From: Podarcis cretensis
Taxonomy: Eukaryota
Assembly: GCA_951804945.1 (NCBI GenBank)
Contig: OX638151.1
Coordinates: 64,604,001 to 64,668,000, forward strand
DNA length: 64,000 nucleotides
Direction: 5' to 3'
Under the pieces are notes generated by a model, which saw only the letters and a list, made by a program, of their open reading frames with translations, searched no databases and had not been told where the DNA came from. The position numbers were made by a program, and so were the translations under genes. Positions 51,472-63,800 of the stretch are shown here, in pieces (within the stretch, counting starts at the first letter, position 1; each line of letters opens with the position of its first letter).

Positions 51472-53161
51472 TCCCAAGGGCTGTTCTCCACTCAGGCTTG
51501 ATTGAAGAGTTAACATCTCAGCTGGATCAAAGGCAGCCCAACATATTGTACAGTGAGGTTTCATCACAGGACATATTTTGAATGGAAAGTGCTTATTGAG
51601 ATTCAGAAAATAGAAGCATCAGCTGTTCAGCATGCTCTGTTGCCTGCTCATGGTAGCTCTTCGTGACTGAAATGATTTTTGTTTTTATTTTAGACCTGCT
51701 GTCAGTGACAAGGATGCATCTCAGTTGCCAAAAATCTCACAGTGATTCAGGCTGACAGGGCTTTTAGACTTAGAGTGATGACAGAGCAGCAACCTGGCTC
51801 CAACCGAAACAACACAAGGACTAGTCAAACATGGTGGTCCATCAACATACTCACTCCTTATTTTAATCGGCCATTTGTTGTTTTGCAAACAGTCCAGGGC
51901 AGTTGCAGCAGATAAAAAAAATGGATAGCTTGAAAGAGTTGGAGGAGCACTATTGAAAGAGATAGCATCAAGTTGCAACTCTTGAGGGCTAAATCCAACC
52001 AATTCATGGATTGCTATGACTTAGTAGAATCTTTTATTGTCTGTAGATTATTTGAGTGTGACTTTCATGCCCAGTGTCCATCTTCTCATAGGTGTGGGGT
52101 GAGGAGATGGACCTAAAAGGATATTCAGCTTGAGTAAGCTGTATTGTTATATGCTGGCTGGGACTCTCTCTCACTCTCTCCTCTGTGTATCATTCGCACC
52201 CACCCTTTCTCTCTCTCTCTCTTGTGTGATGACATCGGGCAACCCATGTCGGCAGTGTCGATTCTGGCAGTCTTCCTTACAAATAGCTCCATAACTTCCT
52301 TTTTTCTCATTTTTGCCCAAAAAGCTCAACAACTTTGGGCAAAAGTAAAAAACAAAGCAAAACTCAACAACTTTTGTTTCTGGACTTTGATATAGGCAAC
52401 TCTTTATCAGCTAAACCACTGGATGGTGGGAGTTGTAGTCCAAAAGCAGCTGGAGATCCAAGTTTGGGAAACCCTGAATGAGAGGAAAGCTGAAGGCTTC
52501 TAAGTGGTAGAGCATACATAGCAGCAGCAATTCTAATAACAGGAATCATACCTGGATAGTATAAAGTACATATAGTCCAGGGGGAGTTCTCCTGAAACAT
52601 CACTCATAAAGTGGATTGTTATAATCAATAGCCTGGAAAACATTATGGGCCATAGTAATAATCTCCTACTACAGTGATATCACAGTATGTGAACACAGGG
52701 CAGAGTCAAACGAAAGAAAATATATTTTCCTTAATTCTCTTTTAAAGGCCCTCATTGACCCCTGCTTGAGATGGCAAATTGAAAAGAAAAGCTGCCTGCA
52801 CTTTCAAGCCCGAGAGATTTTCTATTAAAGCAATTGGGTTTTGTTCCCTCTTATCTTTTCCTTTGCAGCCAGTAAGTTACTTGTGTCCGTCCTAAAATAA
52901 TGCTTTGGGCCTTTTTTCAAGAAAAAGAGAGGCACATATTTGGGAGCTGCATTGTAATGCACTTGTGATGCTCAAAATATAAATGGTTATGCTCTGAAGA
53001 GTAGACAGACCTGGATCCATCAGTTTGCTAATTAGGCACCTGGGAAGGGCTCGGACACATGATAGATTTCATCACCATCATATTATTATTGGTTATAGTT
53101 CAATTAATGTACAAGGAGCTTTACAAAGTACAGGTCCCTGACCCGTGGTTAAAGTATAAAG

Positions 53162-53418
53162 CATGGGTAGGCAAGCTAAGGCCCGGGGGGCCAGATCTGA
53201 CCCAATCGCTTTGTAAATCCGGCCCGTGGAGAGTCCAGGAATCAGCGTGTTTTTACATGAGTAGAATGTGTGCTTTTATTTAAAATGCATCTCTGGGTTA
53301 TTTGTGGGGCATAGGAATTCGTTCATCTCCCCCCCCCCCAAAAAAATATAGTTCGGCCCCCTACAAGGTCTGAGGGACAGTGGACCGGCCCCCTGCTGAA
53401 AAAGTTTGCTGACCCCTG
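53162..53418 (-). mobile_element. Non-autonomous hAT (Charlie group, OC1/OposCharlie1-like)
   Basis: Perfect 8-bp TSD GTATAAAG and imperfect TIRs CAGGGGTCAGCAAACT / CATGGGTAGGCAAGCT. The terminus resembles OC1 as I recall it. Confidence 0.8.
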
Positions 53419-53771
53419 GTATAAAGTGTGGATGGATGTATGTGCACATGTGTGTGGCCCATGTACATATGGAAACATGTTGCTATGGGTCTGAGGTTGT
53501 TTGCATGTATATTGTGCAACATAGATGGAAAGGATGGACACAGAACCATCCCTTTGTCCGGATCCTTGAACTATTTTTATTTTAAAATGTTCACATATTC
53601 TCACAATCCTAGCATTTAAAGCACCCTGACATCCCATTAGAAAGAACCAAATAAAGCTGAAGTTATCATCATTATGTAAATGTAATTTTGTGCAAGTTGT
53701 TAATAAAAAATGTTGCTCTGGTTTATAAGTACCTCTTCTAGACTAACGCTATTTCTTTCTTTTTAATTCAG

Positions 53772-53901
53772 GACAAAATGTACCACATTCACCTGAAGGA
53801 TTCTAGCTGTGCTTTTTACCTAGTGGATTAAGTGCTGCTTCATTGCCTCTAATGCACATTTGTTCATTTTACCCCATGGTCTGACTAAGATAAATACAAA
53901 G
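53772..53901 (+). ncRNA. Candidate non-coding (UTR or lncRNA) exon
   Basis: Branch-point-like GACTAAC, polypyrimidine tract tatttctttctttttaattcag, and donor AAG|GTAAGC. Stops occur in all three frames. Confidence 0.4.
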
Positions 53902-56467
53902 GTAAGCCATAAATTCCAGTTACATAATTTCAGGATAATGATTTTTTAATCACTGTGGAATGTAATTCATTTGAGGAACTTGTACAGATCTTCAGGACTG
54001 GCAAGAAGTTACATTAATTTTAACATATTCATTTATAAAGCATTATTTATTGCACTTGAGAGGGCTTTGGAGACTATAAAAATAAAATAACTTGAGCAAA
54101 GGAAAATGCAAAGTCCATTTCAACAAAAAGTCCTTCTCAAGTCATTGATGTCTCTTAATTCCTTGGGATGTTTCCCCCTCCAGGTTCCAATTGGTTATTT
54201 TGTATGTAGTTGCAAACCTGTATTAGTATAAAATAGATACAATTTGGGTCTCTTTATTTGTGGCATTTTTATAACTAAGACATCACAAGTTAGTTAAAGA
54301 TGTCAGAACAGCATGAAACATTTGGAAAGGAGGTAGCTTTCCATCATTTTGGGACTATGTCACTGGGAATGTGACCTAGTCATCAAAAATCATAATTACA
54401 ATATGTGATGCTTGCCTTCATTGCGAATTTTTCCAGTATACTTTGGAAGAGAAGGAGACCTTCAGTACCGCAATGGTTTTTGTTTTGGGCTTTTTTATAC
54501 ATGGGATGCTGTCCAAACTTGCACAGTCAACAAAGCTTGGAAAGGGATTATGAGAATTAATCTCTTCGTACAAATTTGGTTCTGCCGTTTAACCTTTCGG
54601 AATTTGAAACACAGTGCAAAATAAGATGTGGCTTCACATGAGGCCTCGATACTTCCTTCGCTACATAGTTGTATTGAATTCGGTTGTGTTTTGTCTTAAG
54701 TCATTTGTAGTGTTGGGAGGGAGAAGAAACAGTAAGCAGTGGAAACTTGGCAACGCTTCTTACTGATATCAGTTCCTTTCCGAGACTTTCTGTTCTTACT
54801 TCCCTCGCAGGTGGCATTCCTAATTGGAGCTAGTAACTCTTAGCTGTGCTGTTTTAAAGATGAAGTAGCAGAAACACCTCAGGCAGAGCACAGGCAGAAC
54901 AAGATGAATGTTAGATTGAAAAAGTTCACTTCCAGGAGACGAAGGATCCGCCTCCACATGAAAAAGGTCTCAGAATGTTTGCCCTTAATGTGCTGCTGTT
55001 GGCAAGCACCCTATTCATAAGGTTGATCGTCTTTCAGCCTTCTGCCCTATTCTGCATTTTGGCAAGTCTCAAGTGGAATGTAGGGCAAGATGAGTCTCAG
55101 GCTAGGCTCTAGAAGACACAGAGCTCTGAAGTTGCTTCAGCCAGGGGAGGAAAAAAGCTGAAACTGAGCTCTTATATAGCAGCAGGTGCTGCCTGATTGT
55201 TAGCACCACCTGTGCTGCAAGATGATTATTAGATTAAAGGGGCTCAGCCTCCCTCAGTAGTTTCCTACTGTGATGGAGAAGGGGAGGCTCAGGAAGTTAA
55301 CAGGCAGCCATTGAAGTACTTTTAGGCCTGGCAATATATGACCTGAATGAACAGTGCTATCGAAACTCTGCCCACTGTATTTTGCACTAACTGAAGTTTC
55401 CAGAGTGCACTACATATTGCACCAGTCCAGATGAGAAGTCACCAGAGCATGGATAACTGTGGGTGCTACTGCAGCAATGTTCAGGCCATTAGAAACCATG
55501 GGAGATGTGCTTCCTGTGGTCCATGACACCTGGATGTTACAATCTAGGGTCTAATGGAAGCCCTGCCACAAACCTTCCTCTATTGCTGCTACCACCAGGT
55601 ATGTTTTGGTACACCTTCTGATAACTTAACTGGAAGCACAGTGGAGTCTGAATTTTGGAATGGGCTAGGGTTGAATGAAACCAAATCATTTTTGTCTGAG
55701 CACATTTTGAAAAGGGCAAGGGAAACACGTTCCTTGTTAGATCAGAACAAGGGAAAGTATAAACATATCTAGAATGAGCTTGATTGCAGATGTCTGCCAG
55801 AAAACAGGAGCCATAGCAGCAAAAACTTTCAAGTAGCATTGTCTCACCTGGGGAAGGAAAACCGTTTTCATACATGTATGGACTCTTCCTGCCTTCCCTG
55901 GCTCTTCTCTAGTTTAACCAGGCTGCTCTCTGGCAAAGAGCCACTCTCCCTTTCTCTCCATCAGTGACAGACAGGGTACTGCTGGGGTCATTGTGGTTGG
56001 TAGCCAGATCCAGAGCTGGGTGGGGGTTTCCATCCAAGTGACCTATCTGTTGCTGGAATTGGGAATCTGAGCTAGAATCATGTAGGAAGAAGAATCTGCC
56101 CTGTTGAGCATGCAAGGGCTGGATTCTTGGTGCTTATCCAGAGGTTTCATTCTGTTTCACAGGGAAAAACAGAATGCCAGCCAATCATGCTCCTGTCCAT
56201 GCCTCAAGAGGGCTCTGAGGCATCACAATCTAACGTGCTCTTTAGGCTTCAGTCCATGAGGTTTTATTTCAAGCCCAAAGTCCCTGAGAGTTGGAGAAGA
56301 GCCCATGGAAGGTGGAATTTAACATTTTCATGGTCCCAAGCCCTTTTCTACCTTCTGCTAGATTTTTCTTCTTCAGTGTGAGATTTTCAAATGTTTTTCA
56401 TATAACCTGAGCTTTCTCAGAGGCCTTTCAAGGAATTCTGAATTAGGAGATTAGTAATAGCAGGCAT

Positions 56468-56826
56468 GTGGGACGCAGGTGGCGCTGTGGGTTAAAGCCT
56501 CAGCGCCTAGGACTTGCCGATCGAAAGGTCGGCGGTTCGAATCCCTGCGGCGGGGTGCGCTCCCGCTGCTCGGTCCCAGCGCCTGCCAACCTAGCAGTTC
56601 GAAAGCACCTCCGGGTGCAAGTAGATAAATAGGGACCGCTTACCAGCGGGAAGGTAAACGGCGTTTCCGTGTGCGGCTCTGGCTCGCCAGAGCAGCAATG
56701 TCACGCTGGCCACGTGACCCGGAAGTGTCTCCGGACAGCGCTGGCCCCTGGCCTCTTAAGTGAGATGGGCGCACAACCCCAGAGTCTGTCAAGACTGGCC
56801 CGTACGGGCAGGGGTACCTTTACCTT
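56468..56826 (+). mobile_element. Sauria SINE, full length, young
   Basis: Near-identical to 15147-15512. 13-bp TSD TAATAGCAGGCAT at 56455-56467 and 56827-56839. Confidence 0.92.
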
Positions 56827-59271
56827 TAATAGCAGGCATCAAGTGAATCCTTACTGATCCACCCAAAACAAACCCAGTGGTTGGGGTGGTGGTAGTGAGG
56901 ATGCCCCATGGCACGCTCTTTGTTCATGCAGAATGACCTAAGAGGCCTGGCTAATGCCCTGCATCCACTCTAGAATATGACCCCCAAATCCTCTCATGTG
57001 AAGACTCCATGGCAGACCAGTCGATGGGGCTCCTTCAAGGCTGGAAGTCTGAAGAACAGACAGAAGGAGATCTAAAAAGCAATTCATTTGGGCTGGTAGG
57101 TTGTTATGGAAATTCTGTTGCCTGGTGGGGTGAGTGGTAGAAGGGCTTAGTTAATTAGTTTCCTTTTTCTTGTCAGCGTATGACCTTTATAGGAAAACCA
57201 TCTGATTGTGGAAAAAGTGCCTGTCATTATGAATATCTCTCTTTTATAATTTTTCCTTTGCTTTCTCTGTGCCAGGGTTATTTATCACTTTTGCCTCCAG
57301 AGTCGTGGGCTGACAATATTTTTAAAGACTCCTATATTATTGTAGTTGCTTAAATCACTCCATTCCTGCAAGGAGCTCAGGATTATTTAGCTCAAGGAGC
57401 TATACACGGGCCTCCGTTCCTAATTTTACCCTCACAACAACCCTGCGAGCAAGGTAGGTTCAGCTAAGAGAAAGTGACTGGCCCAAGGTCACCCAGTGAG
57501 CTTTATGGCTGAAGTCTGAACTCTGGTCTTTGAAGTCATAGTCCAACACTCTATAACCATTATGCAAAGTTCTTCTCATTCCTCCTATTGTCCTCACTGG
57601 AGCCCAAAAGGACCCAGAGTGCTTCATGGCTGAGTGGGAGATCTGAAGCACTCTCAGTCCAAATCTGACAATAGACCACACTGGCTCTCTGTGCAGGAGT
57701 TTAATATCTCCGGTTTCGACCATGCAAATAATAAAGCTCTCTCAAATTCTTTTCCCCCTGCATGATCTCTGTCCTGCCAATCTAATATAAATCCTGGAAT
57801 GGATTAGCTAGTAATTACATTCAGGTCATCCTGGAACATTTGTGTAGATCAAGGAATGGATCTGTCACAACTGTTAAACATAAAACAGCTACTGCAAGAC
57901 AGTATTGGAAATATATGCCGCTGATATTGATATTAATGGCTTGTTAGAGCCACAGCACTTCCATGTTTCTTTTTAAAAAGTGATTGTGCCATTGTGCCCT
58001 ATGGAGCCCAATAATTTCAATGTCAATTGAAGCTGCTCAGTTCTTGTCAATTGTATCTCTTTGGCTATGTCCTCTTCCTCACATGTTTCTGACTGTATAC
58101 CACCAAGTGATGAATGCAGACATCCTGAGGTGGAACCAGAACCATCATGTGCACAGCCTCTTGAGACTACCAGTTAGATACATTTCCCCAATAGTACATA
58201 GGTTATAAGCTTATCACCTTCAACCCTCACCTCAACTCCATCCCAAGAAGCATTCTTCAAAGAATAAAGATTTTTCTAAACCTAACTCAGTCTAAATTTG
58301 GGACAAAGAACTATTAATACTTGTTATATCCCCAAAAATACTTTCATCCTGTTTGTCTGTCTATCTACCTAGATCTTTAGCTGAAAAGGCTCCACGTAAT
58401 GATCTTCCCTGCCACTCAGCTTACAATTTAAAAGACATACAAGAAAATAGGAATGGAGAGGAAGGAAGGAAAACGAAAGCTCAGATACTAGATCTTAAAG
58501 CCACAGCTCTTGTAACCATCAGCTGGGTTGGAAATAGTACAGGGAGTATGATCGAGTACTTACTGCTAGGTAACAGCTGAGAGAGGCAGCTTTGGCAATA
58601 TAATAGCTCTGCTTCTCTGGTCTGCAGCCTGATGGAATGGCTGCTGCCAGATGCCAGCTGAAGGAAGGCCAAAGGCCTGTCAGCAGAGGTAACAGAATAG
58701 CCCTAGTTCTCTTCTCTCTCTCTTTCTCTCTTTCCCTCCCTCCCTCCCTCCCTCCCTCCCTCCCTCTTTCTCTCTCTGCTCTGCAGCCTGATACATGTCC
58801 ATTGCTTAGATTACATGCAGCACAATTCTAGGCACCTTTACGCAAAGTCCCAGTGTGCCAAGTATGTAAGCATAAAAATGTTGCCTATATTTGAATTTAC
58901 AGCAGAAGATGTGCAACCGGTCTTCGAATGGGATTCCCTGATAAGCTTTATCCAGTCCGTGGCTCCATCACAAGGCATTGGCTACTCCACGCCACCATCA
59001 GTGGGAATCAGCTTACCAGTAATTTGGGCTGCATTGTGCCCCATCTTTGTGTGAACACGCACACATCACACACACACACACACCAATTACTTCCTGATGG
59101 ACCTCTCTCTGGGTAAAAAAACCCAGTATGATATTTTGATCACCAAATTCCCGCTTCCTCTCCAAACCAATTAAGTTATAAATTGCCAATTGAGTCGCAT
59201 TGCAAAAGTACACAAGTGCAGAAAATGTTGCTTTAATTTTATTTCCCCCATGCCTTCCGTGCATATCTTAC

Positions 59272-59372
59272 CTAATGTTTTGTATTATGGTTATAATGAT
59301 TACAATGCGAATGGAGGGTTGCATTGATTCTCTGATTCCGTGTTCTCCCCCCACTGCTCCTTTCATAATAGC
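59272..59372 (-). CDS. Candidate exon A of an unidentified minus-strand transcript (AIMKGAVGGEHGIRESMQPSIRIVIIITIIQNI)
   Basis: Strong donor AG|GTAAGA and weak acceptor (cattgtacag). The 101-nt frame is open and ends in phase 2, matching the start phase of exon 45048-45118. No recognised homology. Confidence 0.25.
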
Positions 59373-61547
59373 CTGTACAATGCTGAACGATAATGTCTGA
59401 TGCTATCATCTGACCCCTGCTTTGTTGACAGCACAGTGGAATCTTGCTGACTTCAGTTGAAGCTATTAAACCACACAATGGGCAGAACACAGTGCAAAGC
59501 AACATATCCAGCAAGAGCCATACATCCTTTGTGACAAGTGTAAACACGGTGCCTCTGTGCTTTTCAGCCTGTTAGCTACATTTTAATTGTGGAGACTTTG
59601 AACAGTGGGCTTTCCTCCGTTGCTTGCCCTTCCTTTTCATGTTCTTCCTGCTGCCCAGTTTTGAATGATATTTTTGGTGCTGCTGTGCTGAAATTTTTCA
59701 TAGGGTCTGTATTTTCACGTGAAACATGCTATTCCAGAGAGCAGGGGATGACTGGCAAGTCACCACCCTTTTCCTCTCTTTTATTAATCACATGAACATT
59801 GTGATTCCTCTCCCTTCTCTCCACAAGGCATTTTGCTAAGACATGGGCAATATTCAGACTGTGCACTGTGCTACAGATTGCCTCATTGAAAGTGAGGCAA
59901 ACATTTTCACCCCTGTTTACATGTGACATAAAAAATTGTGGTGATACTGGGGGGGGGAACTATTTGTGGAGGTTTGATGAAACAGGCTACCCTCCTGCTT
60001 TGCCTCAGTACTAATTTTTGTTGCCTTCTCTTCCTGTGCATAACTTAGCACTGAAACTCCTACTCTCCCCTTCCTTTCTTTCCTGTGTTGCTCTTTTATT
60101 TTCCCCTCATGTGCCATGCCAATAAAAGTCTATGAATAGGAATGTGAAGCATTTTAAAGGAAGAGGCGTCAATAGCCCATTTCTCTATGCTGCTCCCCCT
60201 GCAAGCAATCCTACACAATTCATTTTCCGCTAAGCTTAATGCACATGCAAGCTTTACTTTGAAATACTTGGTTGAAGAGCCAAAGGAACAAATGTTTTCT
60301 TCATAAAACACCCTGGGGCTCCCCCCCCCCAACAGTCCATTCACATCATTCTGTATTTGCAAACAAATAAAAATCGGTAGAGTTGGCCCATTGTTCTCTG
60401 CCAGTTAGTAGCAAGACGGCATTAACAAAAAATAATTCTAAGCATCTGGGTGACGTAATGCTGTCATGAAAGTCGAGCAGCACTAAACCGGTCACAAAGG
60501 AAGCAATCTATAACCCACTTACTCCAAAGTAATTGAGTCGTGGGCCGCAGCCCTGCAGTTGTATTCCTTCCATTAAATTTAGACTAATTCCGTTTTCTGT
60601 GGCACAATTTATTCAAAAGGAAAATCCTCTTAGGCATCATGTATGAGAAACCAAGGGGAACAGTGGTGGAAGAACATTCTGGTTTGGAATTGAACTTTCT
60701 CACATCTATTTCTCACATGCATAGAAGGGCTGGCAGCAGCACCTGGCATCCTTGGTTGAGTTTACCTTGGATTCTCCTTAATCTGTGTTCAGAGTTGGCA
60801 CTCCAAAGCATCTTCAGGCAGATGGATTTAGCCACCCACAAAACCCATGGTCTAGTATTGCTGCAGGGCATTGTGGGAAACTGGAAAAACCACTAGGCCA
60901 TGGCTATCAGTGCTGCCACTGCAGCAAAGTAAGCCCAGAAGGGACTGTGCAAGAAGGGTCTCACCACATAGTCAAAAACACCCTTATGTCAGTTGCAGTC
61001 CACCATTTTACTGCAGCAATGCCAGGGAGGCTTATTCAACACCCCAAGCTTTATTTTTAGAAGTCATGGCCATTATGTACTTAAGAAAGGGCACCCATGG
61101 ACCTGCAGCTCTCTCCAGAAAGCTTGTTTTAGTCTCTCTACTTCCAGTTAAGCCACATGGTCCAGCATCTCCCACAGGCTGTGCTTTATAATTACATGCA
61201 CTTCTGCATTGAACTAGGACCATGGGTTGAGAAAGAGAAATAATGAAATAAACTATCACTGCTATCACTGCTGTGAGTCCTGGAATACATGCTCCCTGCC
61301 TTGCTGCCTCCCTGCTGTTTTTCACTTGGCTTCATAGGATGGGGCCCTGACTGACTCCAGGTACGAAAGCCAAGGCTGCTGAACAGACTCTTGGGCTAGG
61401 GTGTTGTTTATGAGTTTTTCCTGGAGTTGGGTTGTTGCTGTTATTTATTTTATTTTTTGTATTTTTATTTTTAGATCTTATGATTTATATGAAAATAGTT
61501 TTGATTATGTACTTTCTGGTGTTTTATTTATTTTTTGACTACTTTGG

Positions 61548-61705
61548 TAGGGTAGCCATATTTCAAAAAGTAAAAACCAGGACACCCCGAAAGCCAAAAA
61601 ACTGTGATCTTTCTATTGACTTGTCAAAGCGCCACCTTTTGGAAATCCCTACCGCCACCCCGGACATCAATTCCATCTTTGAAATCTGGATGTATGACAA
61701 CCCTA
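61548..61705. mobile_element. hAT-type MITE (TAGGGT termini)
   Basis: TIR TAGGGTAGCCATA / TATGACAACCCTA, with ACTTTGG(T) duplicated on both sides. Confidence 0.72.
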
Positions 61706-63589
61706 ACTTTGGTTATGTTTGTAATTACTGTATGTATTTTTTCATGTTGTAAGTTGCCTTGAGCATGGTTTGATCTATGGAAAGGTGGCATACAAATAAA
61801 ATGATGATGATCAGGGTGTCAGAGTGGTCAAAATGGTCAAGAAAACCACTTCTGTGAATCTTCCCGACTTGCTTTTTAAAGGATACAATTTTCATGTACA
61901 AGCTCTCTCTCACTCACTCAACATGATAGAGCGTTGTTAATTTGCAGAAGCTGTTAAGCCCATGTAATACAAAATAATAACAACTCCAGTCACATGGAAA
62001 TGATATGTGTCATATTTTGCTCCCTTTTGGGGCATGTGATGCATTTCCTTTTTTTGGTGTTGTGTAAGTGGCAATGGTGGCACCAGAATTTTGGGGGGGA
62101 GGGGGCACAGGAAGGTCAACTTGTATTTCTAGGTGGGCAAGTTGTGTCTCCCGTGTCAAGATATCTAAAAGAAAAATAACAGTATTTGTTAATGACAGAA
62201 ATCCAGAAAATGGGTGTAGGGGACAAGTGGAATGAACTCCTTGTTGGGGGAGGCACTTGTCCCCCAGAGTGGCCTATAGTAAGTGACCGCCCAATGCTAA
62301 AGAAGGAAAACTAAACAGAAAACAGAAAACTAAACAGCTGTAGGAAGAGGTGTAGGAAGGTAACGAGAAAGATAAGGAAATTGTTTGGGTTGGCCATGTG
62401 GAAGGGAGGAGGTGTTTATGAAGATAAAATTGATGACTGAGAAATCTCAAGGCTTGTTTGCTTCTCTTAAATGAAAAAACCTTGGCCATCATATACACTG
62501 TTTCCCTGTATGCAAAGGACCCAACGTAAGCATACCTCTGGGTTATTAATAAAACCTTGTTGTCGCATTGGTTCACACGTGTCATTGCTGTTGATGTTTT
62601 CAGCCGGGGCTGTCTGCTGGCTGCAGAGCTGTTTTGGTTGCCTGCTGCCCTATGTAAGCTCTCTTCTAAATCCGAGAGCAAAAGCACAGTAGAGCCCTCT
62701 TGATCCTCTGCCCCTGTTAGAGGACACTGCATGAATCCATCCCACTCTCTGCTTTCCTCTGTTGTAGGATGCAGAGTATGTTTCCTGGGGTGTTTCTTTT
62801 GTGAGGGTTTACTCCAGTCAGATCTCATAAATCAGATCGTGCCAGTAAAACAAAAACAAAAACGGAACAACCATTGATGGTCCAGCCTGCGGCTCAGTTT
62901 GTTCTTCCATTTATAATTACTGAAAGCTTTAGTTGGGCACATTAACCAACCCAAGTGATAAAAATTTCACTCTCCTTCCTTCTTGCCCTCTTTGTAGGTT
63001 ATGTTTTCCCCCCTACGGAAGAATGAGAAATGACTATTACAGAACGCCACTTATTCCCTTCAAAGACAGAAGTAGCTTATGGTAAAGAAGAAGGGGGGGG
63101 GAGGAACAACACTGCCACACTCGTAACATTTTATGGTATTTTTAGAGTGCAAACCACTCTACAGTCTTCATCTCATTTACCCTCCCGATGCCTCTGGCGA
63201 GGCAAAGAATTAATGTTCTCATTTTAATTCTGGGGAATACAGGCTGACAGATTGGGACTTGCTCGAGGCCCAAGAATGATGCCATGACTGAGATTATTTT
63301 TAAAGCCAATTCTCCTAGGTCAACGCTCTTCCTGCTGAGTCACAATCAGGCTCGCACAGCCTGTCACTAAACAAGCCAAACACAGCAGCTATAGCCATGC
63401 AGTGTGTGTCCTGTCAGGCTGCTCCAAGAAGTCAGAAAAACACCCAGGAAACTGACTGAGCCCATGGCTGGTTGCTCTTGACTAGTCCCAAGCTACATCA
63501 CTGGGAAGGAAATCACAATTGTAGGATGTTTTTCCCCACTGGAGAGGATGTTTAAAAAAACAACCAAGGTGTTATTGATTTATATTTGA

Positions 63590-63800
63590 TATTAATTATT
63601 GCGTTCATATCCCACCTTTTTCTTCAAAGGACTCAAGGAAGATAGCACACATGGTTTCCGCATCTTCACTTAATTCCCACAACAACCCTTTGAGATAGGT
63701 CAGGCTGAGAGGCAGTGACTGGTCCAAGGTCAACCGCTGAGTGAGGATTTGCACCCTGGTTTCCCACTCCAGTACTCTAACCACCACACCACACTGAGAT
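63590..63800 (-). mobile_element. tRNA-derived SINE (Squam3/MIR-like), older
   Basis: Core CACAACAACCCT..GGCTGAGAG..GTGACTGG-CCAAGGTCA. Related copies at ~34000-34180, 39450-40477 (split), 40700-40880, 46368-47160 (split) and 57340-57690. Confidence 0.7.

Noticed and set aside
1870-51581. Low-complexity ORFs (poly-N, poly-I, SFFL, HT, ER repeats)
   Set aside because: These are microsatellite translations.
51855-51949. Extra minus-strand exon (APPTLSSYPFFLSAATALDCLQNNKWPIKIR, donor GGA|GTGAGT)
   Set aside because: It ends in phase 1, incompatible with exon B. It could only be an alternative to B, and nothing else supports it.
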